A stretch of 64,000 nucleotides of DNA, taken from Patescibacteria group bacterium (GTDB lineage: Bacteria; Patescibacteriota; Microgenomatia; UBA1400; PJMF01). The DNA lies in assembly GCA_039934415.1 (NCBI GenBank), contig JBDTME010000001.1, forward strand, positions 137,417-201,416. Direction: 5' to 3'. The notes below the pieces were generated by a model. That model had not been told where the DNA came from. It worked only from the letters and a program-made list of their open reading frames with translations, and did no database searches. This document shows positions 29,594 to 39,477 of the stretch, piece by piece (position 1 is the stretch's first letter; every line of letters starts with the position of its first letter). The translations under genes and the position numbers were made by a program.

Positions 29594-30622
29594 ATGAACA
29601 AAATAAAGCCTTCAATCAAACCCAAACCCAACTGGAGCTATGACATCTCAGTCATCATCGTATGCAGAAATGGGAAACAAGTCACTGAGAATTGTTTAAA
29701 AGGGATTCAGAAAACTAAAGTAAAAGAGATCATTGTAATAGATAATAATTCTTCTGATGGTACAGCTCAATTATTAGATCTATATTCCCGAAAAGATAAA
29801 CGTTTTTATATTATTCACAATGCTGCCAATAATGGCTTTGCAGAAGCAAATAACCAAGGATTCAAAGCTGCTACCGCAAATTTCATTCTTTTTCTAAATA
29901 ATGACACTGAGATAGATCATGATTTCATTCCACCTCTACTAAAGAGTCTCAAACAATCGAAAGTAGCAGCTGTACAACCTATGATTCTGTTTCCTGACGG
30001 TACAATTGATTCTATCGGATCTTATTTAACTCCTACAGGGTTTTTATACCATCGAGCGCATCGAATGAAACCAAATTCAAATTTCCTAAAAGAAGAACCG
30101 GTTTACACACTAAAAGGTGCTTGCATGCTTTGGAAACGTTCAGTCTTGGAGGAGATAGGTCAATTTAATGAAAGTTATTTTGCATATTTTGAAGAGACTG
30201 ATTTGTGTCATCGTGCAATCAACGTGGGTTATGAAGTCGTATACAATCCCCGCTCAACAATTACACATCTAGGCGGATTTACTTCAAATTTAATGGATCA
30301 ACATTTTATCCAGTATCACAATACAAAAAACAGAATAACTACTTATTTCTGTAACTTACCACTTTCGTTATTACTCACTATGTTGCCAATTCATCTGCTA
30401 CTTTCTGAGCTGCTTGTATTCAAAACAATATTTAGTAAAAAACTTCGACTTGCTTGGACTATTCAGAAAGGGTTAATTGAAGGGGTTGTTACTGGAATCT
30501 TGCGCCGCATTCGCGCGATTTCTAAGCCAGCAGTGAGTCTGAGTATCGTCATGAAGCGACCCAGCTTGAAGTATTACAAAGCACTTTTTTCTTCATTACA
30601 AGGTTATACAGAGATATGGTGA
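29594..30622 (+). CDS. GT2 glycosyltransferase
   Basis: DNNSSD, NNGFAEANNQG, FLNND, GACML and FAYFEETDLC motifs. Confidence 0.88.
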   Translation: MNKIKPSIKPKPNWSYDISVIIVCRNGKQVTENCLKGIQKTKVKEIIVIDNNSSDGTAQLLDLYSRKDKRFYIIHNAANNGFAEANNQGFKAATANFILFLNNDTEIDHDFIPPLLKSLKQSKVAAVQPMILFPDGTIDSIGSYLTPTGFLYHRAHRMKPNSNFLKEEPVYTLKGACMLWKRSVLEEIGQFNESYFAYFEETDLCHRAINVGYEVVYNPRSTITHLGGFTSNLMDQHFIQYHNTKNRITTYFCNLPLSLLLTMLPIHLLLSELLVFKTIFSKKLRLAWTIQKGLIEGVVTGILRRIRAISKPAVSLSIVMKRPSLKYYKALFSSLQGYTEIW

Positions 30623-31116
30623 CACAGTTTCTTAAAGATATATTTTTAACAAATTCAGCCACTTACAGTGGTTTTCCCAACTTTACTGTTTTTTTACCCA
30701 GTGCGATGAGAGACTTGTATTTTGATTACTATGGAAGTGGTACTGGGGCTAAAATTTTACTTATTTTTCTGGTACTCATCCTTTTACCTGCTATGTTTAG
30801 CAAACAGTTTAGACTGAGATATTTTTCAAGAACAGCTTTGTTATTAATTTGCAGTGTGTATGGAAGTTCAACTCAGGTGAGGTTGGCAAACACAGAGATC
30901 CAGCTGAGTGCTATTGGGTTCCCCATACCTCGCATTTCAACCCAGATAGTATATTTCATTTTTTTTGTTGCAACTATTCAGGGGTATTATTTTGTAAGAA
31001 AGTTATGTAACAAAAATTGTCGTAAAGTAATTGTTTATACAGTGGATGCGAGTTTCATCTTGCTTTTCCTCATGTTTCTTCTACCATTTTGGTCAGGAGA
31101 ACTTTTTTCACTATGA
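30616..31116 (+). CDS. Small membrane protein, unknown function
   Basis: About 4 hydrophobic segments; overlaps both neighbours (ATGA with the next gene). Confidence 0.6.
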   Translation: MVTQFLKDIFLTNSATYSGFPNFTVFLPSAMRDLYFDYYGSGTGAKILLIFLVLILLPAMFSKQFRLRYFSRTALLLICSVYGSSTQVRLANTEIQLSAIGFPIPRISTQIVYFIFFVATIQGYYFVRKLCNKNCRKVIVYTVDASFILLFLMFLLPFWSGELFSL

Positions 31117-33635
31117 AGAAACAATTTAGATCCAATCTTCTTTTAACAATTTGTGTTGCTTCCTTGCTCTCAGTCCTACTAGTTTTTTTTGTGGGACACA
31201 AGATCCCATATATAAACATTCTTCAAAATTTCGTTTTAACGTTCTGTCTTATTATCTTTTTTGTGAGTCTAAAGTTTAGTTTCCCTAAGTTTAGAGCTGT
31301 GATTATATTAACTACATTTGTTTTAGCTACTTTTTTGTGGTTTGAAAAGAATTCTAGTGCTCTACTTTATACTTTTGTAACACTTTGGTTATTACCACCT
31401 TTAACTTTTCAAAGTGTTAAACGCTTTGTCCTTTTGTTTAAGAATGTTATTTCATATTTGTATCAAAAACATTTTTGGGGAATGCTAGTTCTCAGCTTAT
31501 TTTTTGGGGTTTTTTTGTTTTACAGCAACTCATTTCAGTCATTTTTTGAAGGTGACGAGTGGATATATTTTCGTAATTACAATAATTTGTTAAATAGTAA
31601 GATCTGGTTTATTGAAGGATTTCTACAATCATTTAAGGCTGCTGACTCAGCTACCCCTCATATTACGCCAATAGCAGACATGTTCTTTGTAATTGAGTTC
31701 AAGATTTTTGGTCTTAATTTTATTCAATATCTAGTTACTTCGATTAGCGTTCATATATTCACCAGCATTGTATTAGCTCTTTTAGTTTTTGAAATGACAA
31801 GATCGAAATTAACAACATTAATCTCAACTATCTTCTTTGCTTTTAATTCAATACACTCTGAAGCAATCACTTGGATCATGGCTTCCTTAAATACTGAATT
31901 GGCGGTATTTTTTGGGTTAGCAAGTCTGTTGTTTTTACAAAAGTCCTTTGTGCAAAAAAAAACAAACACATATTTATTTTTAGGATATCTCAGTTTGTTA
32001 TTTTCATTATGGAGTAAAGAGACAGCAGTCATTTTTATTCTTGCAGCTGCTTTTTTAATGTGGAAAAACCGTAGTAAGCTTGAAAAAAAGTTTCACTTTA
32101 AACTATTCTCCATTGTTTTAATTATCTTTCTTTTGACCGAGTTAGTAGGCCGTAGAGCACAAATTCACTTTCAATCTTCGATTGGCACAAACTCTCCTTT
32201 ATTATATCGAGTATTTGATTTGTATTATGAAATTAATCCCGCGTTACTAATTTTCCGATGTATGAGCCTTTTTTTAAAAATGCTGGCACAGTCAATTATT
32301 CCTGTAAAAGTAATAAGTTCTTTATCAATTGTTCTAACTGATTTTCAGTTTCCTTTTTTTAATCAAGAGAAAGCAGTTGGAGGTACTACTTATGTAAATT
32401 TTATTCAGTCACCCATGCCAGAAATGATTAGTTATATTTTGGGATTGTTTGTTTTGTTCTTTATTTTAGTCAGTAAAAAACTTCAATTGAATAAACTCTT
32501 TACATGGGGAGTAGCCTACTGGTTTTTGGGTTTACTACCGATCCTGAGCATCCTGGTTGGGTTCCCCTGGCTAGCTTACTCTCCTTATGTTGGCTCAAGA
32601 CACTTCTATCATTTGATGCCAGGATTGGCATTGTCTGTAGGTATTGTGGTTACTTCATTAGCTAAATGGGTCAAAATTAAAAAAAATGAAAGGGTCGCTC
32701 AACTTTTTTTATGTTTAATTACTTTTTCATATATTTATGTCCAGTACAGAGTTCAAGCATTTGATACATTAACAAGGAAAAAAGCTGCAGACTTTACTGC
32801 ACGCAAGAATATTGTTGAGACATTAGTCAAAGATCTTGATCCGATTCCTAAAAAAACAATTATTTACACCACTAGTAATCGAAACTACTATGGCTTCGGT
32901 CTACTTATGTTGCCCTTTCAAACTGCTTTTTCTCATATGTTGCCTGTTATCTTTTCGGAGAACTTCAATTTGCATGGGCTTTTATATCCGAGTTCCTTCT
33001 ACAGTAATGAATACTTTAAAGATTCCACAGATGGATTAGCGACTCAAGGATACTTTGAAGAAAATGGATATGGTCTTGGCTATTTTTTAGAAAAACCAAA
33101 ATTAATTAGAGCTCTAGAGCATGCTGATCTGGGCGTTGAGTACGTATATGCATATCGATTTAATGGCGATGATAACACCTTTTCAAACATGACTGATGAA
33201 TTACGATCTGAATTGAGCAGAGTGCTTGAGTCAAGAATGATGTTCCGAAAATGGAGAACGGAAGAATTCCCGGATGATTTTTTTCTATTTCAAGTTGACC
33301 CAAATTGGCTGGTAAAAAAACAAGAGACTAGCTACTCTATCTTTGATGAGAGAAATAAACCCATTTTAGAAATAGAAATATTTAGGGATATGAAGAAAGT
33401 AAATTTTTTTCAGTTTGTTACCGATCAAGTTGTGGAAGGAAAGAAGATTGACACCAAAATTGGAACAGATACTCTAAATTCTGATCTAGGTCTGAGTAGA
33501 GTGAAATACTACCCTAACTGGAATGAGAACATCTTCTTTGTGGCAGGAGGTCGAGGTACAACATTTTATAGATTTAAAGTATTTCAAAAAGAAGAGGCTA
33601 AGTTGATCTATAGAACTTTGGAATTTGTGGACTAA
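31113..33635 (+). CDS. Large multi-TM protein, probable GT-C-fold glycosyltransferase with an extracytoplasmic C-terminal domain
   Basis: FFEGDEW acidic loop, HSEAITWI, SKETA and SRHFY; extra N-terminal TMs; ATG 31113 in an ATGA overlap. Confidence 0.65.
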   Translation: MKKQFRSNLLLTICVASLLSVLLVFFVGHKIPYINILQNFVLTFCLIIFFVSLKFSFPKFRAVIILTTFVLATFLWFEKNSSALLYTFVTLWLLPPLTFQSVKRFVLLFKNVISYLYQKHFWGMLVLSLFFGVFLFYSNSFQSFFEGDEWIYFRNYNNLLNSKIWFIEGFLQSFKAADSATPHITPIADMFFVIEFKIFGLNFIQYLVTSISVHIFTSIVLALLVFEMTRSKLTTLISTIFFAFNSIHSEAITWIMASLNTELAVFFGLASLLFLQKSFVQKKTNTYLFLGYLSLLFSLWSKETAVIFILAAAFLMWKNRSKLEKKFHFKLFSIVLIIFLLTELVGRRAQIHFQSSIGTNSPLLYRVFDLYYEINPALLIFRCMSLFLKMLAQSIIPVKVISSLSIVLTDFQFPFFNQEKAVGGTTYVNFIQSPMPEMISYILGLFVLFFILVSKKLQLNKLFTWGVAYWFLGLLPILSILVGFPWLAYSPYVGSRHFYHLMPGLALSVGIVVTSLAKWVKIKKNERVAQLFLCLITFSYIYVQYRVQAFDTLTRKKAADFTARKNIVETLVKDLDPIPKKTIIYTTSNRNYYGFGLLMLPFQTAFSHMLPVIFSENFNLHGLLYPSSFYSNEYFKDSTDGLATQGYFEENGYGLGYFLEKPKLIRALEHADLGVEYVYAYRFNGDDNTFSNMTDELRSELSRVLESRMMFRKWRTEEFPDDFFLFQVDPNWLVKKQETSYSIFDERNKPILEIEIFRDMKKVNFFQFVTDQVVEGKKIDTKIGTDTLNSDLGLSRVKYYPNWNENIFFVAGGRGTTFYRFKVFQKEEAKLIYRTLEFVD

Positions 33636-33645
33636 GAAAATCTGA

Positions 33646-35475
33646 TTACTTTTCTACTTCTACATACTCAGGATTTTTTGCTAATACGTAGATTTTTCTT
33701 TCCAAATATCCACTACTCGCGACTTCTTTTAGCATGTAACGGTTTTTAGGGTATGTCTCACTGGCACCGCTTTGTAGGTACGATTTCCAACGAGGTATAT
33801 CATGATCAAGAATATAGAACTTTGCCTGATCACTTGATGACATCGTTTTTTTAACAAATTGGGGGAATCCAGGTTTAAATTCCTTGTTGTCCCAAATAAA
33901 ATTATCAGGTTTTATTTCAGCTGCTACGAAGAAGCCGTTGGTTAAGACAGTTTTCTTCGTGATTTTGCTTACAAGTAGTAAATTATCTGATGCACCACCT
34001 ATGATATAGCTATCAGCAGGCACAACAGTTGCAACCCATTTTAGATATCTAACTTCATTCTGAATTGCCCGAAAACTGGTCGGTAATTTACTTAGTAAAG
34101 GCCAGATGGTTGAAAACATCGTTAGTAGGACAAGAATTAATGAAACTACTCTTGTTCTCGTGCTGAATCGAGTTAAAAAAGATTCAAATCCTTCCTTAAT
34201 TGAGAAAGCAATCAATAAGGCTACCCAAATAATTAATGTTACAAACAGCTGGTTTTGACTAACAGCAGCAAGAGTCAACGATAATGCTGCCAAATAGAAT
34301 ATTTGAGTTCCGACTAAAGCCAAGCTATCCTTTTTGAAAAGAACTAGTTTAAATACGAAGGCAACAAAAACTGACATCAAGATAAAATGATATTTCCTTA
34401 CGGAAGGAAATGGGATAACAACATTTGTTCTAATAAAAGACGAATAAAAAAAGTAAGTAGAAACCGTAGAAAGTAAGATAATCAGCATGAGGAAAATAGC
34501 CCAGATTATAATCTTCTTCTTTTTTAGCAAAATAGAGACTATGCCAAGTCCAATTAACAGATATGCCTTGAGGTATTTTAATGTAAGTAAAGCTCCCATC
34601 ATGCTCAGACCTAGTATATTGATGAATTTTTGGGTGGCAGCACCTTTAAAATGAAGACTAGCACCGAGAACAGCATCCTTTGTTGAGGGGCCACTAGTGG
34701 GTACAAATAAGTCAGTAAGAAAGGAAAATTGGCCAACTGCTAGGTAATGAATAATTTCGAAATAGATGGAAATTCCAAAATATATTGTGAGTGCAATTAT
34801 ACTTTTATTTAGATGGTTCCAGTTGATCTCCATTTGGATATAAGGAAAAGATTTTTTGAAAGAGATGTTTTCAATCATGAGTAAAAGGCAGAAAATGAAA
34901 ATGAATGGTATGTCGCTGACAAACAGAAATGGTTTGTTTAGGCTCTGTAATGCAGCTACAGTTGCAAATGCATTTGTCCAAAATAGCGTTTTCTTATGTA
35001 TAGCCTGCCAAAGTACCCAAACATAGATGATGTACACAAATGAAACTAAAGGATAGATAAAAAACCTACCACTAGAATCATCGATCATGACACTATTGAA
35101 AATCAGAATTAGTGAGCCAATGACACCTCCTATTGAGATTTTTTCTTTTGAAGAGAACAGTAAATATGGGAATACAGCGACGACACAACCACTGAGTAAT
35201 AAGACAAAAGTAATGAGGGTGAGGCCGTCAATAAAATTTAAGTGTCTAAACGTAAATGTCATTAAAGGACACAAAAATAAGTAGTCGTAGTGGGTCAGTG
35301 CCTCTGATGTTTTACCTAGGGCACAATGCATTTGGTAATCTTGATCAGATCCAGAACCAATAGTTGAAAAAGTAAAAGCTTGTCGACCTGGCAGTTCTCT
35401 GGAATCTAATAAGCTATCTAAACGTGTCAGAAACGCAAGAGAAAATAAAATGCACAGTATAAAGTAGTATTTCAT
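33646..35475 (-). CDS. Multi-TM membrane protein, possible GT-C-fold glycosyltransferase
   Basis: Loop GSGSDQDY after TM1, NKP motif, many TMs and a soluble C-terminus. Start refined to ATG 35475. Confidence 0.55.
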   Translation of the reverse strand: MKYYFILCILFSLAFLTRLDSLLDSRELPGRQAFTFSTIGSGSDQDYQMHCALGKTSEALTHYDYLFLCPLMTFTFRHLNFIDGLTLITFVLLLSGCVVAVFPYLLFSSKEKISIGGVIGSLILIFNSVMIDDSSGRFFIYPLVSFVYIIYVWVLWQAIHKKTLFWTNAFATVAALQSLNKPFLFVSDIPFIFIFCLLLMIENISFKKSFPYIQMEINWNHLNKSIIALTIYFGISIYFEIIHYLAVGQFSFLTDLFVPTSGPSTKDAVLGASLHFKGAATQKFINILGLSMMGALLTLKYLKAYLLIGLGIVSILLKKKKIIIWAIFLMLIILLSTVSTYFFYSSFIRTNVVIPFPSVRKYHFILMSVFVAFVFKLVLFKKDSLALVGTQIFYLAALSLTLAAVSQNQLFVTLIIWVALLIAFSIKEGFESFLTRFSTRTRVVSLILVLLTMFSTIWPLLSKLPTSFRAIQNEVRYLKWVATVVPADSYIIGGASDNLLLVSKITKKTVLTNGFFVAAEIKPDNFIWDNKEFKPGFPQFVKKTMSSSDQAKFYILDHDIPRWKSYLQSGASETYPKNRYMLKEVASSGYLERKIYVLAKNPEYVEVEK

Positions 35476-35566
35476 ACAAAAGTTAATATAGATTTTTACC
35501 ATTGAATCAATCAATTTACAATGATACATTAATTGAGTTATTTTGAAATGATTGCACATTTTTCTT

Positions 35567-36508
35567 ATGAGTAAGCAATTTAAAAAAACAAAAATTTTAG
35601 TTACTGGTGGAAATGGTTTTTTAGGCCAGAGAGTAATTTTAGCTCTCAAAAAAAATGGTCTGAGTAAAACTCAAATCTACTCTCCATCTTCAAAAGAGTT
35701 CGATTTAAGAAATAAAGAAGAATGTCGGGAGGTTATTAAAGGGGTAGACACTGTCATTCATTTGGCAGCAAATGTTGGTGGAATTGGCTATAATCAAAAA
35801 TTTCCGGGAAGTCTTTTTTTTGACAATGCCATCATGGGATTAAATTTGATCGAAGAAGCCAGAATAGCTGAAGTCAAAAAGTTTGTAGCAATTGGCACTG
35901 TATGTGCGTATCCCAAGTTCACACCCGTCCCCTTTAGAGAAGAGGACCTATGGTTGGGATATCCTGAAGAAACTAATGCTCCATATGGTTTGGCTAAGAA
36001 AATGTTACTTGTTCAAGCTCAAGCGTATAGAGCTCAATACGGTTTTAATACGATCTATTTAATTCCTGTAAACCTATATGGTCCTGGTGACAACTTTCAT
36101 CCTCAAAGTTCGCATGTCATCCCAGCTCTCATCCGAAAGTTTTATGAAGCGAAATTGAAAAAGAAGTCTCAAGTTAGTGTGTGGGGCACTGGGAACGCCA
36201 CACGTGAATTTTTATATGTTGATGATGCAGCTGAAGCCATTGTAAAAGCAACTCAGAATTATGATGGGGGTGATCCCGTCAATATCGGGAGTTCAGTTGA
36301 AATTAATATCAGTAATTTAGCTAGAATGATCTCAGATATCATTGGTTTTAAAGGTAAAATAGTTTTTGACAGTTCGAAGCCAGATGGTCAGCCAAGAAGA
36401 AAATTGGACACATCAAAGGCAAAAGAATTTTTTGATTTCGAAGCGAGTACCACATTCAATGCAGGCTTGAAAAAAACTATTACTTGGTTTATTGAGCACT
36501 ATGAATAG
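35567..36508 (+). CDS. fcl: GDP-L-fucose synthase (GDP-4-keto-6-deoxymannose epimerase/reductase)
   Basis: GGNGFLG, HLAANVGGI, GTVCAYP, YGLAKK, PVNLYGPGDNF, SHVIPALIRK and REFLYVDD motifs. Confidence 0.9.
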   Translation: MSKQFKKTKILVTGGNGFLGQRVILALKKNGLSKTQIYSPSSKEFDLRNKEECREVIKGVDTVIHLAANVGGIGYNQKFPGSLFFDNAIMGLNLIEEARIAEVKKFVAIGTVCAYPKFTPVPFREEDLWLGYPEETNAPYGLAKKMLLVQAQAYRAQYGFNTIYLIPVNLYGPGDNFHPQSSHVIPALIRKFYEAKLKKKSQVSVWGTGNATREFLYVDDAAEAIVKATQNYDGGDPVNIGSSVEINISNLARMISDIIGFKGKIVFDSSKPDGQPRRKLDTSKAKEFFDFEASTTFNAGLKKTITWFIEHYE

Positions 36509-36520
36509 AGAAAACCGTTT

Positions 36521-37522
36521 ATGATAAATCAACAGACAACTCCAATAGTCATCACATCAATTTTTTCTCCTAACGAGGTGATAAAGCAGTTTGTAAAAAA
36601 AGGTTTCAAATTATACATCGCAGGTGACAAAAAGACACCTAAAAATTGGTCATTTGAAAACTGTGAATATCTCTCTATTGAGAGTCAGTTCAGATATGAG
36701 AAGCTAGCGGAAATCACTCCTGAAAATCATTATGCTCGGAAAAACTTTGCATATTTAGCTGCTATAGAATCTGGAGCATCTGAGATTTTTGAAACTGATG
36801 ATGACAATTACCCACAAAGTAATTATCCCAGTTTCCTGGAAAAGTCTACACAAAGTGTTCAAATATTAAAGAGTTCAGATCGGTTTTTTAATATTTATTC
36901 GGAGTTTCTGGCAGGTGATCAAGTAGTTTGGCCTAGAGGATATCCTTTAAAACAGATTTTAAATACACCTAAAAAACTCAGTAGGAAGACAAAAACAATA
37001 AATACCTTTATTCAGCAATCTTTGATTGATAATGATACAGATGTTGATGCTATTTATCGATTGACTAATAATAGACCAGTTACTTTTATCAAAGATAAAA
37101 AGTTGGCTTTAGATAAACATGTCTATGCTCCATTTAACTCTCAAAATACTGCGTGGTTTCCTCCTGCTTACTTATTTCTATACTTACCATCAACAGTTGG
37201 GAGTCGCGTCTGTGATATCCTTAGAGGATGGATCGCGCAACGTATGAGTTGGGAGATTGATTCTCATCTACTTTTTCTTTCACCTTGTGCGTATCAACTG
37301 AGGAATGAACATGATTATTTAAAAGATTTTAAAGATGAGTTGCCATTGTATATCGAAACGGAGAGAACAATTGAAATTTTAGAAACTACAAGTTTAACAG
37401 GCAGCACCCAATCGAAATTTGTGCAAATATATCAGGCTTTGGCGAAAGCAAACATTGTTCAACCTGAAGAAGTAAACAAAGTAAAGGCATGGATCAAAAT
37501 ATTATCCACACTTTTAAAATGA
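36521..37522 (+). CDS. STELLO/DUF288-family protein (GT75/RGP-related)
   Basis: IVITSI, GDKKTP, HYARKNFAYL.AI, ETDDDN, WPRGYPL, DVDAIYRLT, PFNSQNT, RVCDILRGW and RNEHDYLKDF motifs. Confidence 0.85.
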   Translation: MINQQTTPIVITSIFSPNEVIKQFVKKGFKLYIAGDKKTPKNWSFENCEYLSIESQFRYEKLAEITPENHYARKNFAYLAAIESGASEIFETDDDNYPQSNYPSFLEKSTQSVQILKSSDRFFNIYSEFLAGDQVVWPRGYPLKQILNTPKKLSRKTKTINTFIQQSLIDNDTDVDAIYRLTNNRPVTFIKDKKLALDKHVYAPFNSQNTAWFPPAYLFLYLPSTVGSRVCDILRGWIAQRMSWEIDSHLLFLSPCAYQLRNEHDYLKDFKDELPLYIETERTIEILETTSLTGSTQSKFVQIYQALAKANIVQPEEVNKVKAWIKILSTLLK

Positions 37523-38271
37523 TGAAAAGAAACACTCAAACTACAGTTTCGCTAGCTATACTAGTTAAAAATGAGTTCCAATCCTCTGAGGTGATTTTTC
37601 CTCTTATACCCAAAGGCATTGTGGACACTGTTTTTGTTATAGATGGGGGATCTGTAGATGGTACGGTAGAGTACTATAAAAAAAATAATGTACAAGTGTA
37701 TGGTCAATCAGTTTCAGGTTTAGGAGGCGCAGTTTTTGAAGCGAGAAAACGTTGCAAAGATGATTCCTTCATACTGTTTCATCCGGATGGGAATGAAGAT
37801 CCTCTGGACATTGAAATTATTGCATCATACTTGAGAAGAGGTCGTGAATTTGTGATTCCATCAAGGATGATTAAAGGTGCTTGGAATGAAGAAGATACTG
37901 AGTATTTACGGCCTAGAAAATGGTTCAATAAATCAATGGCTCTCCTGAGTAATCTTTTGTGGAATGAGTCTAATCCATTTGTTTCTGAAATAGTACAAGG
38001 TTTCAGAGGAATTCGTTGTGATGTCTTTGACAATCTAAATTTAGATAGAACTGATTGTACTGTTGATTTTCAGATGGTAATTAGAGCTTTAAAACAGAAT
38101 ATCCCGATTTTAGAATTTCCAACGAAAGAAGGAAACCGATTGTTTGGAGAGACTCATTTTAAATCACTTGAGACAGGGGCTAAAGAATTGGACATGTTTG
38201 CTCAAGAAATTTTTAATGAAGAAACTTATTTTGTCGAGGCAAATGCAGCTCAGTTAGTTGAGGCCAGTTGA
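37519..38271 (+). CDS. GT2 glycosyltransferase, DPM-synthase-like
   Basis: KNE, DGGSVDGT, FHPDGNEDP, PSR, GFRG and EFPTKEGNR; ATGA overlap with the STELLO stop codon. Confidence 0.82.
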   Translation: MMKRNTQTTVSLAILVKNEFQSSEVIFPLIPKGIVDTVFVIDGGSVDGTVEYYKKNNVQVYGQSVSGLGGAVFEARKRCKDDSFILFHPDGNEDPLDIEIIASYLRRGREFVIPSRMIKGAWNEEDTEYLRPRKWFNKSMALLSNLLWNESNPFVSEIVQGFRGIRCDVFDNLNLDRTDCTVDFQMVIRALKQNIPILEFPTKEGNRLFGETHFKSLETGAKELDMFAQEIFNEETYFVEANAAQLVEAS

Positions 38272-38274
38272 CCT

Positions 38275-39474
38275 TCACCTTTTTATTTTTTTGTTTTTTG
38301 TCTTTGTATTATCATTTAAATACTCAACTATTTTTTTACTGATAAGATAGTTAGTGTCTGAGTTCCAGTGAGAATCATCTGGATAATATAAAGGAGTTGA
38401 GTGAGTGTTCTTATACTCTTCTACAGCTTCGTTCATATCTATTACTTCTACCTCATATTTTTTTAATGTTTTTTGTAGAATAATGAGTGCGTTCTGACTA
38501 TCAGGAATATTTTTGTAGGTTTCTAATTCCGCATGTGTTTTTGAAGGGAGAGCCACAACAATTAAACGAACTCCTCTCATATTCAGTTGATCGCTAGATT
38601 TTTTTAATGTTTCTGCTGATTTTACAATATCTTCAGTTTTCTTACCTTCAGTACCTAAAGTTGGATTATCAAAGTCTTTTTGCCAAAATAGCATTTTGCT
38701 TTGAGGATCATATGTAACAAAATTTTGTGTTGACTGTTTTGCGATTTCTTCCCTGCTATACATCAGATTTTTCAATTTGAAATCCAATTGAACGGAGGCA
38801 AAGCGAGTTAAAGAGTATTGTTTAAATAGAAACGCCCATTTTTCAAAAGTATTCGGTAACTGCTCATTCTCTGCTTTCCATTCCTGGTAAGAGTTCCACT
38901 TGTGTGGGATGTTGTAAGGCTCTTTTTCTTCAATAATATATTTCCATAAGGAATTGATAATTTCGCCTTCTGTACCTACTACAAAAATATATTTTGGTGT
39001 ATTGGACTTAAAACGGTAATCATCCCAGTAGTACTGTAATGATGTGGGTGAGTTGTAGGTTCTCAGGTTGTAATCTCTAGTCAATATTTCAGAGATGAGA
39101 TTCTCTTGTGTTTCTTGACCTCCCGCCACAAAAGAGCTTCCGAGAACAATTGCATCTATGGGTTTATCTAATAATTGCGGTTGATTTCTGTACCCATATT
39201 CATCCACTATAAACTCTTGTTTTCGGATTTCATTAGGTTTTGGGGAAAAACCAATACCATTTAACAAATCTCCAGTCATAGTTCCGCTATATCGACTCAT
39301 TGGTTTAAAAACTGCAAATCCAGCATCTTTTCCTGTATAGTTTGAAACATATTCCCATGCTCTAAAGTAAATGGGAATGTTTTCTCGGTTTAAAAAACCA
39401 TATATATCAATTAAGGATAAACATAGCCAAACAGCAAGTGGAATGTAATAGAAGAAATGTCTAGAGATACTCAT
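38275..39474 (-). CDS. SGNH-family O-acetyltransferase, AlgJ/AlgX-like
   Basis: N-terminal TM, DEYGYRN, LGSSF, LPSK and YYPDDSHWN; downstream of an MBOAT gene. Confidence 0.78.
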   Translation of the reverse strand: MSISRHFFYYIPLAVWLCLSLIDIYGFLNRENIPIYFRAWEYVSNYTGKDAGFAVFKPMSRYSGTMTGDLLNGIGFSPKPNEIRKQEFIVDEYGYRNQPQLLDKPIDAIVLGSSFVAGGQETQENLISEILTRDYNLRTYNSPTSLQYYWDDYRFKSNTPKYIFVVGTEGEIINSLWKYIIEEKEPYNIPHKWNSYQEWKAENEQLPNTFEKWAFLFKQYSLTRFASVQLDFKLKNLMYSREEIAKQSTQNFVTYDPQSKMLFWQKDFDNPTLGTEGKKTEDIVKSAETLKKSSDQLNMRGVRLIVVALPSKTHAELETYKNIPDSQNALIILQKTLKKYEVEVIDMNEAVEEYKNTHSTPLYYPDDSHWNSDTNYLISKKIVEYLNDNTKTKNKKIKR

Positions 39475-39477
39475 AAT

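Noticed and set aside
35476-35649. Long N-terminal extensions creating large overlaps (also 5611-5709, 16337-16432, 29566-29631, 56886-56933, 57968-58003, 62076-62111)
   Set aside because: These are artefacts of longest-ORF calling. Downstream starts give ATGA coupling, better promoter spacing or typical family N-termini.
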